Below are positions 1-7,688 of a stretch of DNA of 12,000 nt, in pieces. The stretch is from Chthoniobacterales bacterium (GTDB lineage: Bacteria > Verrucomicrobiota > Verrucomicrobiia > Chthoniobacterales > Chthoniobacteraceae): assembly GCA_038207335.1 (NCBI GenBank), contig JBBQZX010000045.1, positions 1-12,000 on the forward strand, in the 5' to 3' direction. The notes under the pieces are model-generated. The model saw nothing but the letters and a program-made list of their open reading frames with translations, ran no database searches and was not told the origin of the DNA. The position numbers were made by a program, and so were the translations under genes. Each line of letters begins with the position of its first letter. Positions within the stretch are counted from its first letter, which is position 1.

Positions 1-1
1 C

Positions 2-298
2 GATCCGGAGCGCGACACGCCCGAAGTGCTCCGTGCCTTCCGAGCCAAGCACGAGCTGCCGACCGAGCGCTGGACTTTGCTCCGCGGAAGCGCGGAAGCC
101 ACAAAACAGTTAGCTGGAATGGTTGGCTTCAATTACCAACCTGGTTCGCCCACGCAGTATGCGCACTCGCTGCTCATCTCCGTTTTGAATCCCTCTGGGG
201 AAATCGTTTTCCAGAAATCGGGGATCGGGAACGCGAAGGACGATGCGGTTGCAGCGGTGGTGCGGCTCGTGAATCCGAAGGCCGAAGGAAAGCGATGA
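2..298 (+). CDS. SCO1/SenC family copper chaperone, C-terminal part (5'-truncated by window edge)
   Basis: The frame is open from position 2 and reads DPERDTPEVLRAF...WTLLRGS...QYAHS...VLNPSG. DPERDT and the later His-Ser followed by LxxxG are typical of SCO proteins. The CxxxC motif would lie upstream of the window. Confidence 0.85.
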   Translation, partial: DPERDTPEVLRAFRAKHELPTERWTLLRGSAEATKQLAGMVGFNYQPGSPTQYAHSLLISVLNPSGEIVFQKSGIGNAKDDAVAAVVRLVNPKAEGKR

Positions 299-345
299 GC
301 CAGCGTAATGACGATGGGTTATCCCGCAGTCATTCATTTCGCAAA

Positions 346-789
346 ATGAAGGCCGCCACTTTGCCAACTCGATTCATCATCAGCGTCGCGGCAGTCGCGG
401 CCATCATCGTCGGTGCGGGATGTGCCAACCCCGGTCAGCGCGGGGCGACCGGTTCCTTTGCCAACGTGCGTCCGGTGCTGGAGTCGAATTGTGTCCATTG
501 TCACGGCCCAAATCACCTGCCCAACATGCCCGCGTTCACCGACACGCGAGCTTTGGCGCGGCTCACCGGCCCGGCCAATTGGATCGTCCCCGGCCATCCC
601 GAACGCAGCCGCTTTTTCCAAGTCGTGACCTTGTCAGATAAACAACCCGGCGCGATGCCGCCAACGGGACACGCCATCTCGCGATCGGACGCCACGGCTC
701 TCCGCGCGTGGATCGTGGCCGGCGCACCGGTGCCGGACGGTGCTCCAATCGTGCTCACGCCGCGTGGCGAAGGGCCGCACTCCAGTTGA
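346..789 (+). CDS. Monohaem c-type cytochrome lipoprotein, planctomycete cytochrome c (PSCyt1)-like
   Basis: Hydrophobic signal ending in a lipobox-like VGAG-C, then VRPVLESNCVHCHG (CxxCH), IVPGHPERS, MPP and LRAWIxxGA, as in PSCyt1-type domains. An alternative start at ATG 295 overlaps the SCO stop (ATGA). Confidence 0.8.
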   Translation: MKAATLPTRFIISVAAVAAIIVGAGCANPGQRGATGSFANVRPVLESNCVHCHGPNHLPNMPAFTDTRALARLTGPANWIVPGHPERSRFFQVVTLSDKQPGAMPPTGHAISRSDATALRAWIVAGAPVPDGAPIVLTPRGEGPHSS

Positions 790-795
790 GACACG

Positions 796-1290
796 ATGAC
801 CGACTCACCGCACCAATCCGCTTCGGAGGAATCAGACATCCTTCAGAACGAGCTGGCCGTTCAAAAAGACGCCTACCTGCGCCTCGCTGCGGACTTCGAT
901 AACTATCGCAAACGCACCCGGCGCGATTCCGAGCAGCAAGCCGCGGCCGAAAAAGAATCCTTCATTCGCGAGCTGTTGCCCGTGCTCGATAACCTAGAAC
1001 GCGCGCTGGTCGGCGAGCAACCCGGTTCCTACGAGCAAATGTATCAAGGTGTGGCGATGACGCTGCACCAGTTGGCCCAGTTGATCCACCTCCACGGCAT
1101 CGAGGCTGTCGAAGACTTGGGCCAGCCGTTTGATCCTCACCGCCACGAGGCCGTCTCTTTAGGCCACGATCCGAACCAACCCGAGCATATCGTCCTCAAA
1201 GTCATTCAGCGTGGATACTGCCGCGGCGACAAAATGTTTCGTCCCGCCAAGGTCATCGTGAATGATTCAGGAGGCCGCCGTGGCCGTTGA
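796..1290 (+). CDS. grpE: Nucleotide exchange factor GrpE
   Basis: YLRLAADFDNYRKR, LLPVLDNLERAL, FDPHRHEAV and QRGY...RPAKVIV are GrpE signatures. The protein is short at 164 aa. Confidence 0.95.
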   Translation: MTDSPHQSASEESDILQNELAVQKDAYLRLAADFDNYRKRTRRDSEQQAAAEKESFIRELLPVLDNLERALVGEQPGSYEQMYQGVAMTLHQLAQLIHLHGIEAVEDLGQPFDPHRHEAVSLGHDPNQPEHIVLKVIQRGYCRGDKMFRPAKVIVNDSGGRRGR

Positions 1291-2251
1291 ATTCAAGGAT
1301 TACTACGACGTTCTCGGCGTGCCCCGAAACGCCAGCGGCGAGGCGATCAAAAAGGCCTTCCGCAAGCTTGCGCGACAGCATCATCCCGATGTCTCAAAGG
1401 ACAAGAAGAACGCCGAAGCGAAGTTCAAGGAACTCAATGAGGCGAACGAAGTCCTGAGCGACCCGGACAAACGCCGAAAGTATGACGAACTGGGCGCGGA
1501 TTGGAACCAACCGACAAGGGAGACATCGGCGCGGCACGGTGGAGTCGGTGGAAGTCCCGGTGGGGATTCTGAGTTCCATTTCAACGGCACGGGCTTCAGC
1601 GATTTTTTCGAGCAGTTTTTTGGCGGTCGCAGTCGCCCCGCTGGTGGGTTCGGTCCCACGGCTGGCCATGGCAATGGGAGTGTGGCATTTGCGCAGCCCG
1701 GCCAGGACGTGGAGGGCGACATCCTGGTGACGCTCGACGAGGTCTTGCATGGGGCGACGCGCACGATCCAGCTGCAGCGCACCGACCCACATACCGGGAA
1801 ATCGACGACGCAGACCTTGCGGGTGAAAATTCCGATTGGCGTGCGGGAAGGACAAAGAATTCGCCTTCCCGGCAATGGACAAGAGGGCACCGGCGGTGGC
1901 GAGGCGGGGCATCTGTATTTGCGAGTGACCTTCGCCAAGCATCCTGAATTCCGCGTGCGCGGCACCAACCTCTATCACGACCTTGATCTATCCCCGTGGG
2001 AAGCAGCGCTCGGCGCCACGATCCAAATCCCCACTCTCGATGGAAAGGCATCGCTCAAAGTTCCGCCGGGCACGATGGCAGATCGCGAATTCCGACTCCG
2101 CGGGAAAGGTTTGCCGTCAACTGACGGAACGCACGGAGATTTGCATGCCGTGGTGCATATCCAGATTCCGCCGCAGCTTACCCCGGAAGAAAAGGTTCTC
2201 TGGGAGCAGCTAGCGGCAGGATCGAAGTTCAACCCGAGGGAAAGCGCATGA
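1280..2251 (+). CDS. cbpA: DnaJ-class co-chaperone, CbpA type (class B: J domain, G/F region, C-terminal domains, no Zn finger)
   Basis: GTG 1280 follows AGGAGG (1269-1274) and gives MAVEFKDYYDVLGV. It has the HPD motif, FSDFFEQFFG, KIPxGVxEGQRIRL, PWEAALGA and a C-terminal FNPR. There are no CxxCxGxG repeats. The ORF track start at 1262 is less likely. Confidence 0.9.
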   Translation: MAVEFKDYYDVLGVPRNASGEAIKKAFRKLARQHHPDVSKDKKNAEAKFKELNEANEVLSDPDKRRKYDELGADWNQPTRETSARHGGVGGSPGGDSEFHFNGTGFSDFFEQFFGGRSRPAGGFGPTAGHGNGSVAFAQPGQDVEGDILVTLDEVLHGATRTIQLQRTDPHTGKSTTQTLRVKIPIGVREGQRIRLPGNGQEGTGGGEAGHLYLRVTFAKHPEFRVRGTNLYHDLDLSPWEAALGATIQIPTLDGKASLKVPPGTMADREFRLRGKGLPSTDGTHGDLHAVVHIQIPPQLTPEEKVLWEQLAAGSKFNPRESA

Positions 2252-2586
2252 GCGACTTACCCAATCCGCACATCCCATCCGATCTCGGGTTGGAGTTGTT
2301 TCAGCCCAGACCCGATGTTCTCTACAGCCTTGATGCCACCGCGCATCTCGCACGCGTGCCCCGTCGTTCAGTTTTGATCTATTGCCGCGCAGGCTTGGTG
2401 CGACCGGTCTTCCAACCCCCGTATGGAGTCATGGTCTTCACGGAAGAGGCGATCTACACCGTCCGACGCATCGAAGATGTGAGAGCCGCTCACGGAATCG
2501 GAGTGGCTTGGATCAAGAGCATGTTCGACCTCGCCGAAGAAGTGGAACGCCTGCGCGCCGAAGTCCGCTTCTATCAGAACCGCTGA
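2248..2586 (+). CDS. Chaperone modulator CbpM-like / MerR-type HTH protein
   Basis: Coupled to cbpA by an ATGA overlap. MerR-like pattern (YSLDATAHLARV...YCRAGLVRP...FTEEAIYTVRRIEDVR) and a C-terminal coiled coil (DLAEEVERLRAEV). The position matches known cbpAM operons. Confidence 0.75.
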   Translation: MSDLPNPHIPSDLGLELFQPRPDVLYSLDATAHLARVPRRSVLIYCRAGLVRPVFQPPYGVMVFTEEAIYTVRRIEDVRAAHGIGVAWIKSMFDLAEEVERLRAEVRFYQNR

Positions 2587-2789
2587 TGTCAGTGACTTTG
2601 CTTATAGCTGGAGGCTATGCGGCAGTGCCTGAGGAGGTATTGGCCGGATCAGTGGCGCGGTCGGACACTCACAAAAAATTCTATGCTACGAAGTCTCAAA
2701 CAACTTTACGGAGAAACACTCGGCACGTCGTCGGATGCTTCCGTGGAGATTCTGGAACCCGCTCTCCCCAGCCATCGGGGCCGGGAGCA

Positions 2790-2972
2790 TTGAACGTCCT
2801 CGCGCTCACCATTTTCGTCGGTTTCGTCCTCGTAGGATTTTTCGTCCTGCTTTGGCTCGCGCAGGCGTGCGGCCGATCGGCCTTCAATGAGCGCGACGCG
2901 CTGTTGCCGCTTGAGAAGGAATCGCCCCGCGCGGCCGATGGCTCCGACCTCACCCGAATTTCTGAATCATGA
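2790..2972 (+). CDS. Small single-TM protein, CcoS/FixS-like cbb3 oxidase maturation peptide (60 aa)
   Basis: TTG start gives (M)NVLALTIFVGFVLVGFFVLLWLAQACGRSAFNERDALLPLEKESPRAADGSDLTRISES. It has an N-terminal TM and a charged tail, and its stop overlaps the ccoN ATG (ATGA). The family call rests on size, topology and position. Confidence 0.6.
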   Translation: MNVLALTIFVGFVLVGFFVLLWLAQACGRSAFNERDALLPLEKESPRAADGSDLTRISES

Positions 2973-5308
2973 GCAACGCACCCGCTACTTCCGCATCCCT
3001 TTCAAAAATCCGGATCGAATACGACGACGACACCGTCCGGCAGTTCACCATCGCGGCCATCGCGTGGGGCATCGTCGGAATGCTCGTCGGCGTGCTCATC
3101 GCCACGCAACTCGCGTTTTGGCAGGCGAATTTCAACACGTCATGGCTGACCTTTGGCCGACTCCGTCCGCTGCACACGAATGCGGTCATCTTCGCGTTTG
3201 TCGGCAATATGATGTTTGCCGGCATCTACTATTCCACGCAGCGGCTGGTGAAGGCGCGCACCGCGTCGTTCTTCCTCTCGCAGCTCCATTTCTGGGGCTG
3301 GCAGGCGATCATCCTCGCGGCGGCGATCACGCTTCCGCTCGGGCTCACGCGCGGGAAGGAATACGCGGAACTCATCTGGCCGATCGACATCGCCGTCGCA
3401 CTGATTTGGGTCGTTTTCGCGATCAATTTTTTCTGGACGCTCGCCCGCCGCAATGAGCCGACGCTCTACGTCGCGATCTGGTTCTACATCGCGACGATCA
3501 TCACCGTGGCGATGCTTTACATCATCAATCACCTCTCGATCCCGACGAGTCTTACGCACAGCTACCCGATTTTCGGCGGCGTGCAGGATGCGCTGGTGCA
3601 GTGGTGGTATGGGCACAATGCCGTCGCGTTCTTCCTCACGACGCCAATCCTCGGCATCATGTATTACTTCGTGCCGAAGGCTGCGGAGCGCCCTGTTTAC
3701 AGCTATCGGCTGTCGATCGTTCATTTTTGGTCGCTCGTGTTCATCTACATTTGGGCCGGGCCGCATCATCTGCTGAACACATCCCTGCCCGTCTGGCTCC
3801 AGTCGCTGGGGATGATTTTTTCGCTCATGCTGTGGGCGCCGAGTTGGGGCGGAATGTTGAACGGTTTGCTCACCTTGCGCGGTGCCTGGCATAAGTTGCG
3901 CACCGATCCCGTCCTCAAGTTTTTCGTCGCGGCGATCACGTTCTACGGCATGGCGACTTTCGAGGGGCCGCTGATGTCGATCCGCGCGGTCAACGCCATC
4001 TCGCATTACAGCGACTGGACCATCGCCCACGTCCACAGCGGCGCGCTCGGATGGAACGGATTCATGGCTGCGGGCATGTTTTACTGGCTCGCGCCGCGGC
4101 TCTGGAATCGGCCTCTGCACTCGGTCTCCGCGGCCAACCTGCACTTCTGGCTCGGGCTCACCGGCATCCTGCTTTACGTGGCCGCGATGTACGTCTCGGG
4201 CCTCACGCAGGCGCTGATGCTAAGCGCAACGCGGGAAAGCGGGACGGTGCTCGCCTACCCAAATTTCATCGACGCCGTCACCTCAACGCGGGCGCTGATG
4301 GTGATCCGCACGATCGGCGGCGCGATGTATCTCGCGGGCTACATCATGCTCGCTTGGAACGTGTGGAAAACCGCGCGCCTCGGACAAGCCGTGAATGGCT
4401 CGATCGAGGTCTGCGTCGAGCCGCCGGATCAAGCGCCCATCGGCCTTCGTGGCGGATTGTTCGGCCCTCCGGTGATCTACGCCATGCTCTCGATTCTCTT
4501 CATCGTCGGGTGGGCGGCGAGCAGTGGCGTGCTTAGCGGGATGTCGATCTTCGCCTTGATCGCGACGCTCATGGCGATGTCGATGCACAAGGAAATGACC
4601 AAGACCTCGTGGGGTCAGTGGTACGAGCAACTCCTCACGAATTCGCTCCCGTTCACGATCCTCACCGCCGTCGCGGTTTTCATCGGAGGCATCGTGCAAA
4701 TCATCCCGACGGTGATGTTCGACAAGGCGGCGAACATTGAGGGCATGCGGCAGATTCCCTACACGCCGCTCGAGCTCGCCGGACGCGACATTTACATCCG
4801 CGAGGGCTGCTACAACTGCCACTCGCAGCAGATTCGGACGCTCGTCGGCGACGTGCTGCGCTACGGCGATTATTCAAAAATGGGCGAGTCGATTTACGAC
4901 CATCCGTTCCAGTGGGGCTCGAAGCGCACGGGTCCCGATCTCGCTCGCGAAGGCGGAAAATATCCGAGCGTCTGGCACTTCCATCACATGCGCGACCCGC
5001 GCCAAATCTCGCCCGGCTCGACCATGCCAAACTTCCCCTGGCTCTTCACGGACAAGACCGATGTGGCGGCACTGCCGAACAAGATCGCGGTGCAACGTCG
5101 GCTCGGCGTGCCTTTCCCTCCGATGACCGCGGATCAGCTCCAGTCCTCGATCGGCAAGCAGGAGCAGCTCCTTTCCGACGAACTCAAAGTCGCCGGCGCC
5201 GAAGTGCCGCCCGACCGCGAAATCATCGCGCTCATCGCCTACATGCAGAAGCTCGGGAAGTCCGAGCAAGTCCCCGCGCCGACCACGACGCACACTGCCG
5301 CCAGGTAA
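2969..5308 (+). CDS. ccoNO: cbb3-type cytochrome c oxidase fused subunits I+II (CcoN-CcoO)
   Basis: CcoN motifs: GRLRPLHTNAVIFAF, QWWYGHNAV, YIWAGPHH, TIAHVHSGALGW. They are followed in frame by CcoO motifs: GRDIYIREGCYNCHSQ, WGSKRTGPDLAR, PGSTMP. Confidence 0.97.
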   Translation: MSNAPATSASLSKIRIEYDDDTVRQFTIAAIAWGIVGMLVGVLIATQLAFWQANFNTSWLTFGRLRPLHTNAVIFAFVGNMMFAGIYYSTQRLVKARTASFFLSQLHFWGWQAIILAAAITLPLGLTRGKEYAELIWPIDIAVALIWVVFAINFFWTLARRNEPTLYVAIWFYIATIITVAMLYIINHLSIPTSLTHSYPIFGGVQDALVQWWYGHNAVAFFLTTPILGIMYYFVPKAAERPVYSYRLSIVHFWSLVFIYIWAGPHHLLNTSLPVWLQSLGMIFSLMLWAPSWGGMLNGLLTLRGAWHKLRTDPVLKFFVAAITFYGMATFEGPLMSIRAVNAISHYSDWTIAHVHSGALGWNGFMAAGMFYWLAPRLWNRPLHSVSAANLHFWLGLTGILLYVAAMYVSGLTQALMLSATRESGTVLAYPNFIDAVTSTRALMVIRTIGGAMYLAGYIMLAWNVWKTARLGQAVNGSIEVCVEPPDQAPIGLRGGLFGPPVIYAMLSILFIVGWAASSGVLSGMSIFALIATLMAMSMHKEMTKTSWGQWYEQLLTNSLPFTILTAVAVFIGGIVQIIPTVMFDKAANIEGMRQIPYTPLELAGRDIYIREGCYNCHSQQIRTLVGDVLRYGDYSKMGESIYDHPFQWGSKRTGPDLAREGGKYPSVWHFHHMRDPRQISPGSTMPNFPWLFTDKTDVAALPNKIAVQRRLGVPFPPMTADQLQSSIGKQEQLLSDELKVAGAEVPPDREIIALIAYMQKLGKSEQVPAPTTTHTAAR

Positions 5309-5314
5309 CGCGCC

Positions 5315-5491
5315 ATGTTTCACCGCATCCTCGTCGAAGACTGGCAGCGCGCGCTCTCCATCGCGAGTTTCACGATCTTCGCGTTCGTCTTCGTCCTCAC
5401 CTTCATCCGCGTCCTGCGCATGCCGCGCAAGCGCGTGAGCCACCTCGAAAATCTCCCGCTCGAAAACGATACCCATGAGCAACGCCGCTGA
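5315..5491 (+). CDS. ccoQ: cbb3-type oxidase small subunit CcoQ-like (58 aa)
   Basis: Not in the ORF track. ATG 5315 to TGA 5491 reads MFHRILVEDWQRALSIASFTIFAFVFVLTFIRVLRMPRKRVSHLENLPLENDTHEQRR. One TM, a basic patch and an LPLExD tail, located between ccoO and ccoP. Confidence 0.8.
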   Translation: MFHRILVEDWQRALSIASFTIFAFVFVLTFIRVLRMPRKRVSHLENLPLENDTHEQRR

Positions 5492-6152
5492 AAATTCGCC
5501 CGAGCCGAAGCGCTTTGATCCGCTGACGCAGCCGGTCAAATATCTCACCGAACCGGTCGAGGATCCGCTGCGGCCGCACGTTTACGACGGCATTCAGGAA
5601 TACGATAAGCGTCTGCCGAATTGGTGGCTCGTGACGCTCTGGGGCACGATCGCCTTCTCGGTTTTGTATTGGCTGATCCGCCACCAGATCATGGACGCAC
5701 CGGAGCCGGGGCGCATGGTCGAGGCCGAAATGAAAGCCAACCAAGCCATCGCCGCGCGCAGCTCCGGCGTGCTGACCGACGACCTGCTTTGGCAAATGAG
5801 TCGCGACCCAAACGTGGTCGCGGCTGGCCTGGCGACCTACACGACGACATGCGTCTCGTGCCATCTGCCCGACCTCACCGGACTGATTGGACCGAACTTG
5901 GTGGACCACGATTGGATCCACGGTGGCGAGCCGATGGAGATGATCGGAACGATCGAAAAAGGCGTCCTCGAAAAGGGAATGCCGGCGTGGGGACCGATAC
6001 TCGGAAAGCAGAAAATCTCCGAGGTTGCCGCGTTCATTTTGAATCATCACACGAAGGGTGAAGAGACTCGCAAAGTCTTCGGCTGGGTGCCCGGACAAGG
6101 CAACATTCTCACGCCTCCCGCCGCGCCCGCGCCGCCCGCGCTCGCGCACTGA
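5475..6152 (+). CDS. ccoP: cbb3-type oxidase subunit III (CcoP), monohaem form
   Basis: FixP N-terminal motif HVYDGIQEYDKRLPNWW plus a TM. A single CVSCH, then GPNLxDxxWIHGG and GMPAW (probable axial Met). Confidence 0.92.
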   Translation: MSNAAENSPEPKRFDPLTQPVKYLTEPVEDPLRPHVYDGIQEYDKRLPNWWLVTLWGTIAFSVLYWLIRHQIMDAPEPGRMVEAEMKANQAIAARSSGVLTDDLLWQMSRDPNVVAAGLATYTTTCVSCHLPDLTGLIGPNLVDHDWIHGGEPMEMIGTIEKGVLEKGMPAWGPILGKQKISEVAAFILNHHTKGEETRKVFGWVPGQGNILTPPAAPAPPALAH

Positions 6153-6153
6153 C

Positions 6154-7530
6154 ATGATCGCCGAGACTCCCACGATCGAGTCCGTCACGACGATTAACGC
6201 TGACGGCTCGCGCCGCTTCATCCATCCCGCGGACGTGCGCGGGCGCTTCACCGCGTGGCGCACCGTCGTCGGCGCGCTCTTGCTCGTGGGCTATGTCGCG
6301 CTGCCGTGGATTCCGATCAACGGCAACCCCGCGGTCTTCCTCGACCTCGCGAAACTTCAGTTCCATTTCTTCGGGCTTACGTTCGTCACGCAGGATTTGT
6401 GGATCGGGTTTTTCCTCGTGAGCGGACTCGCGTTTTCGCTGTTTTACGTCAGCGCATTGGCGGGCCGCGTCTGGTGCGGTTGGGGTTGTCCGCAGACGGT
6501 TTTTCTCGATGCCGCACGCCGCCTGGAGCGCTGGATCGAAGGTGACGCACCCGCGCGCCGGCGGCTTGATGCGATGCCTTGGACTTTTGAAAAAACGCTG
6601 CGCCGCGGGGCCAAGCAGCTCGTCTTCGGGCTGTTCGCCTTCGCCATCGCGCACGTCTCACTTTCCTATTTCGTCTCCCTCCCGCGGCTCTACGAAATGA
6701 TGACGCACGCGCCCGGCGAGCATTGGGGCTCCTTCGTTCTCGTCGTCTTCGTGACGGGCGTCATGTGGTTCAACTTCGCGTGGTTCCGCGAGCAATTCTG
6801 CATCGTCCTTTGCCCGTACGGCCGCCTGCAATCCGCGCTCATCGACAACGACTCGCTCGTCATCGGATACGATGCGATCCGTGGCGAACCGCGCGGAAAA
6901 AAGAACACGCCGGGCGCGGGCGATTGCGTCGATTGCCTGCGCTGCGTGCAGGTCTGCCCGACCGGCATCGACATCCGGCAGGGCTTGCAGATGGAGTGCA
7001 TCGGCTGCGCCGCGTGCGTCGATGCGTGCGACACCGTGATGACGAAACTCGATCGTCCGCGCGGCCTCGTGCGCCACGATTCGATGCACGGCCTCGCGGG
7101 AAAACCGACGCGCATCGTCCGCCCGCGCATTATCCTATACACCGCGCTCCTGCTGCTCGGCGCAGCCGCGATGACCGCCAGCGTCTCCACCCTGCGACCG
7201 GTCACGGTGAGCATCATCCGCATGACCGGCACGCCTTACGTGCTCAGCGAAGGACAGGTGCGGAATCAGTTTCTCCTTCGCATCCTGAACAAGCGAAACG
7301 CGCCGCAGCATTTCGAAATCACGCTCACTTCGGGCGCTCCGCATCTCACTTGGAACAGCGCCGATCACGGCGTCGAAGTCGGTCCACTCGGCGAGGAAAT
7401 GCGTCCGCTCGTCGTCGTCGTCCCACGCGACGAAGCGCACGGAACCTTCCCGCTGGAAGTGCGCATCAAGTCCGACGAGCACGGCACCGAAATCACAAAA
7501 TCCGTGCCGTTCATCGGTCCCGGCTACTGA
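6154..7530 (+). CDS. ccoG: Cytochrome c oxidase accessory protein CcoG/FixG (membrane polyferredoxin)
   Basis: GRVWCGWGCPQT, REQFCIVLCPYGRLQ, and two 4Fe-4S motifs (CVDCLRCVQVCP; CIGCAACVDAC), with a FixG-like C-terminal region. ATG 6154, 1 nt after the ccoP stop, is preferred over 6058. Confidence 0.95.
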   Translation: MIAETPTIESVTTINADGSRRFIHPADVRGRFTAWRTVVGALLLVGYVALPWIPINGNPAVFLDLAKLQFHFFGLTFVTQDLWIGFFLVSGLAFSLFYVSALAGRVWCGWGCPQTVFLDAARRLERWIEGDAPARRRLDAMPWTFEKTLRRGAKQLVFGLFAFAIAHVSLSYFVSLPRLYEMMTHAPGEHWGSFVLVVFVTGVMWFNFAWFREQFCIVLCPYGRLQSALIDNDSLVIGYDAIRGEPRGKKNTPGAGDCVDCLRCVQVCPTGIDIRQGLQMECIGCAACVDACDTVMTKLDRPRGLVRHDSMHGLAGKPTRIVRPRIILYTALLLLGAAAMTASVSTLRPVTVSIIRMTGTPYVLSEGQVRNQFLLRILNKRNAPQHFEITLTSGAPHLTWNSADHGVEVGPLGEEMRPLVVVVPRDEAHGTFPLEVRIKSDEHGTEITKSVPFIGPGY

Positions 7531-7540
7531 TCCTTTTTTC

Positions 7541-7684
7541 GTGAAAGAAGCCCTCCTCAGCCGCCCTTGGATCCTGATCATCGCGGCGTATGTCCTCGGC
7601 GTCTCTGGCCTGATCACCATGGTCGTTATCGCCGTGAAACATCCGCAACCGTCCGTTCCGATCGTCACTTCGGAGCAAAAATAG
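7541..7684 (+). CDS. Small membrane peptide at the ccoH position, resembling the CcoH/FixH N-terminal TM (47 aa)
   Basis: Not in the ORF track. GTG 7541 to TAG 7684 reads MKEALLSRPWILIIAAYVLGVSGLITMVVIAVKHPQPSVPIVTSEQK. It almost exactly fills the gap between ccoG and the next gene. Confidence 0.65.
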   Translation: MKEALLSRPWILIIAAYVLGVSGLITMVVIAVKHPQPSVPIVTSEQK

Positions 7685-7688
7685 ACGC

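Noticed and set aside
700..1280. CIRCE or HAIR heat-shock operators near grpE/cbpA
   Set aside because: No match was seen, and there is essentially no intergenic space.
2382..2789. 5' part of the 196-aa ORF 2382..2972
   Set aside because: It overlaps the cbpM-like gene out of frame and crosses an AT-richer, promoter-like spacer. Only the last 60 codons look protein-like.
2587..2789. FNR/Anr box, sigma54 or sigma70 promoter upstream of the cco operon
   Set aside because: There is no TTGAT-N4-ATCAA. TGGCGC at 2653 lacks the -12 TTGC. TATGCT at 2682-2687 is -10-like but has no well-spaced -35.
6058..6153. Extended ccoG N-terminus from the ORF track
   Set aside because: It overlaps ccoP by 95 nt with low-complexity sequence. 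ATG 6154 gives a typical CcoG start.
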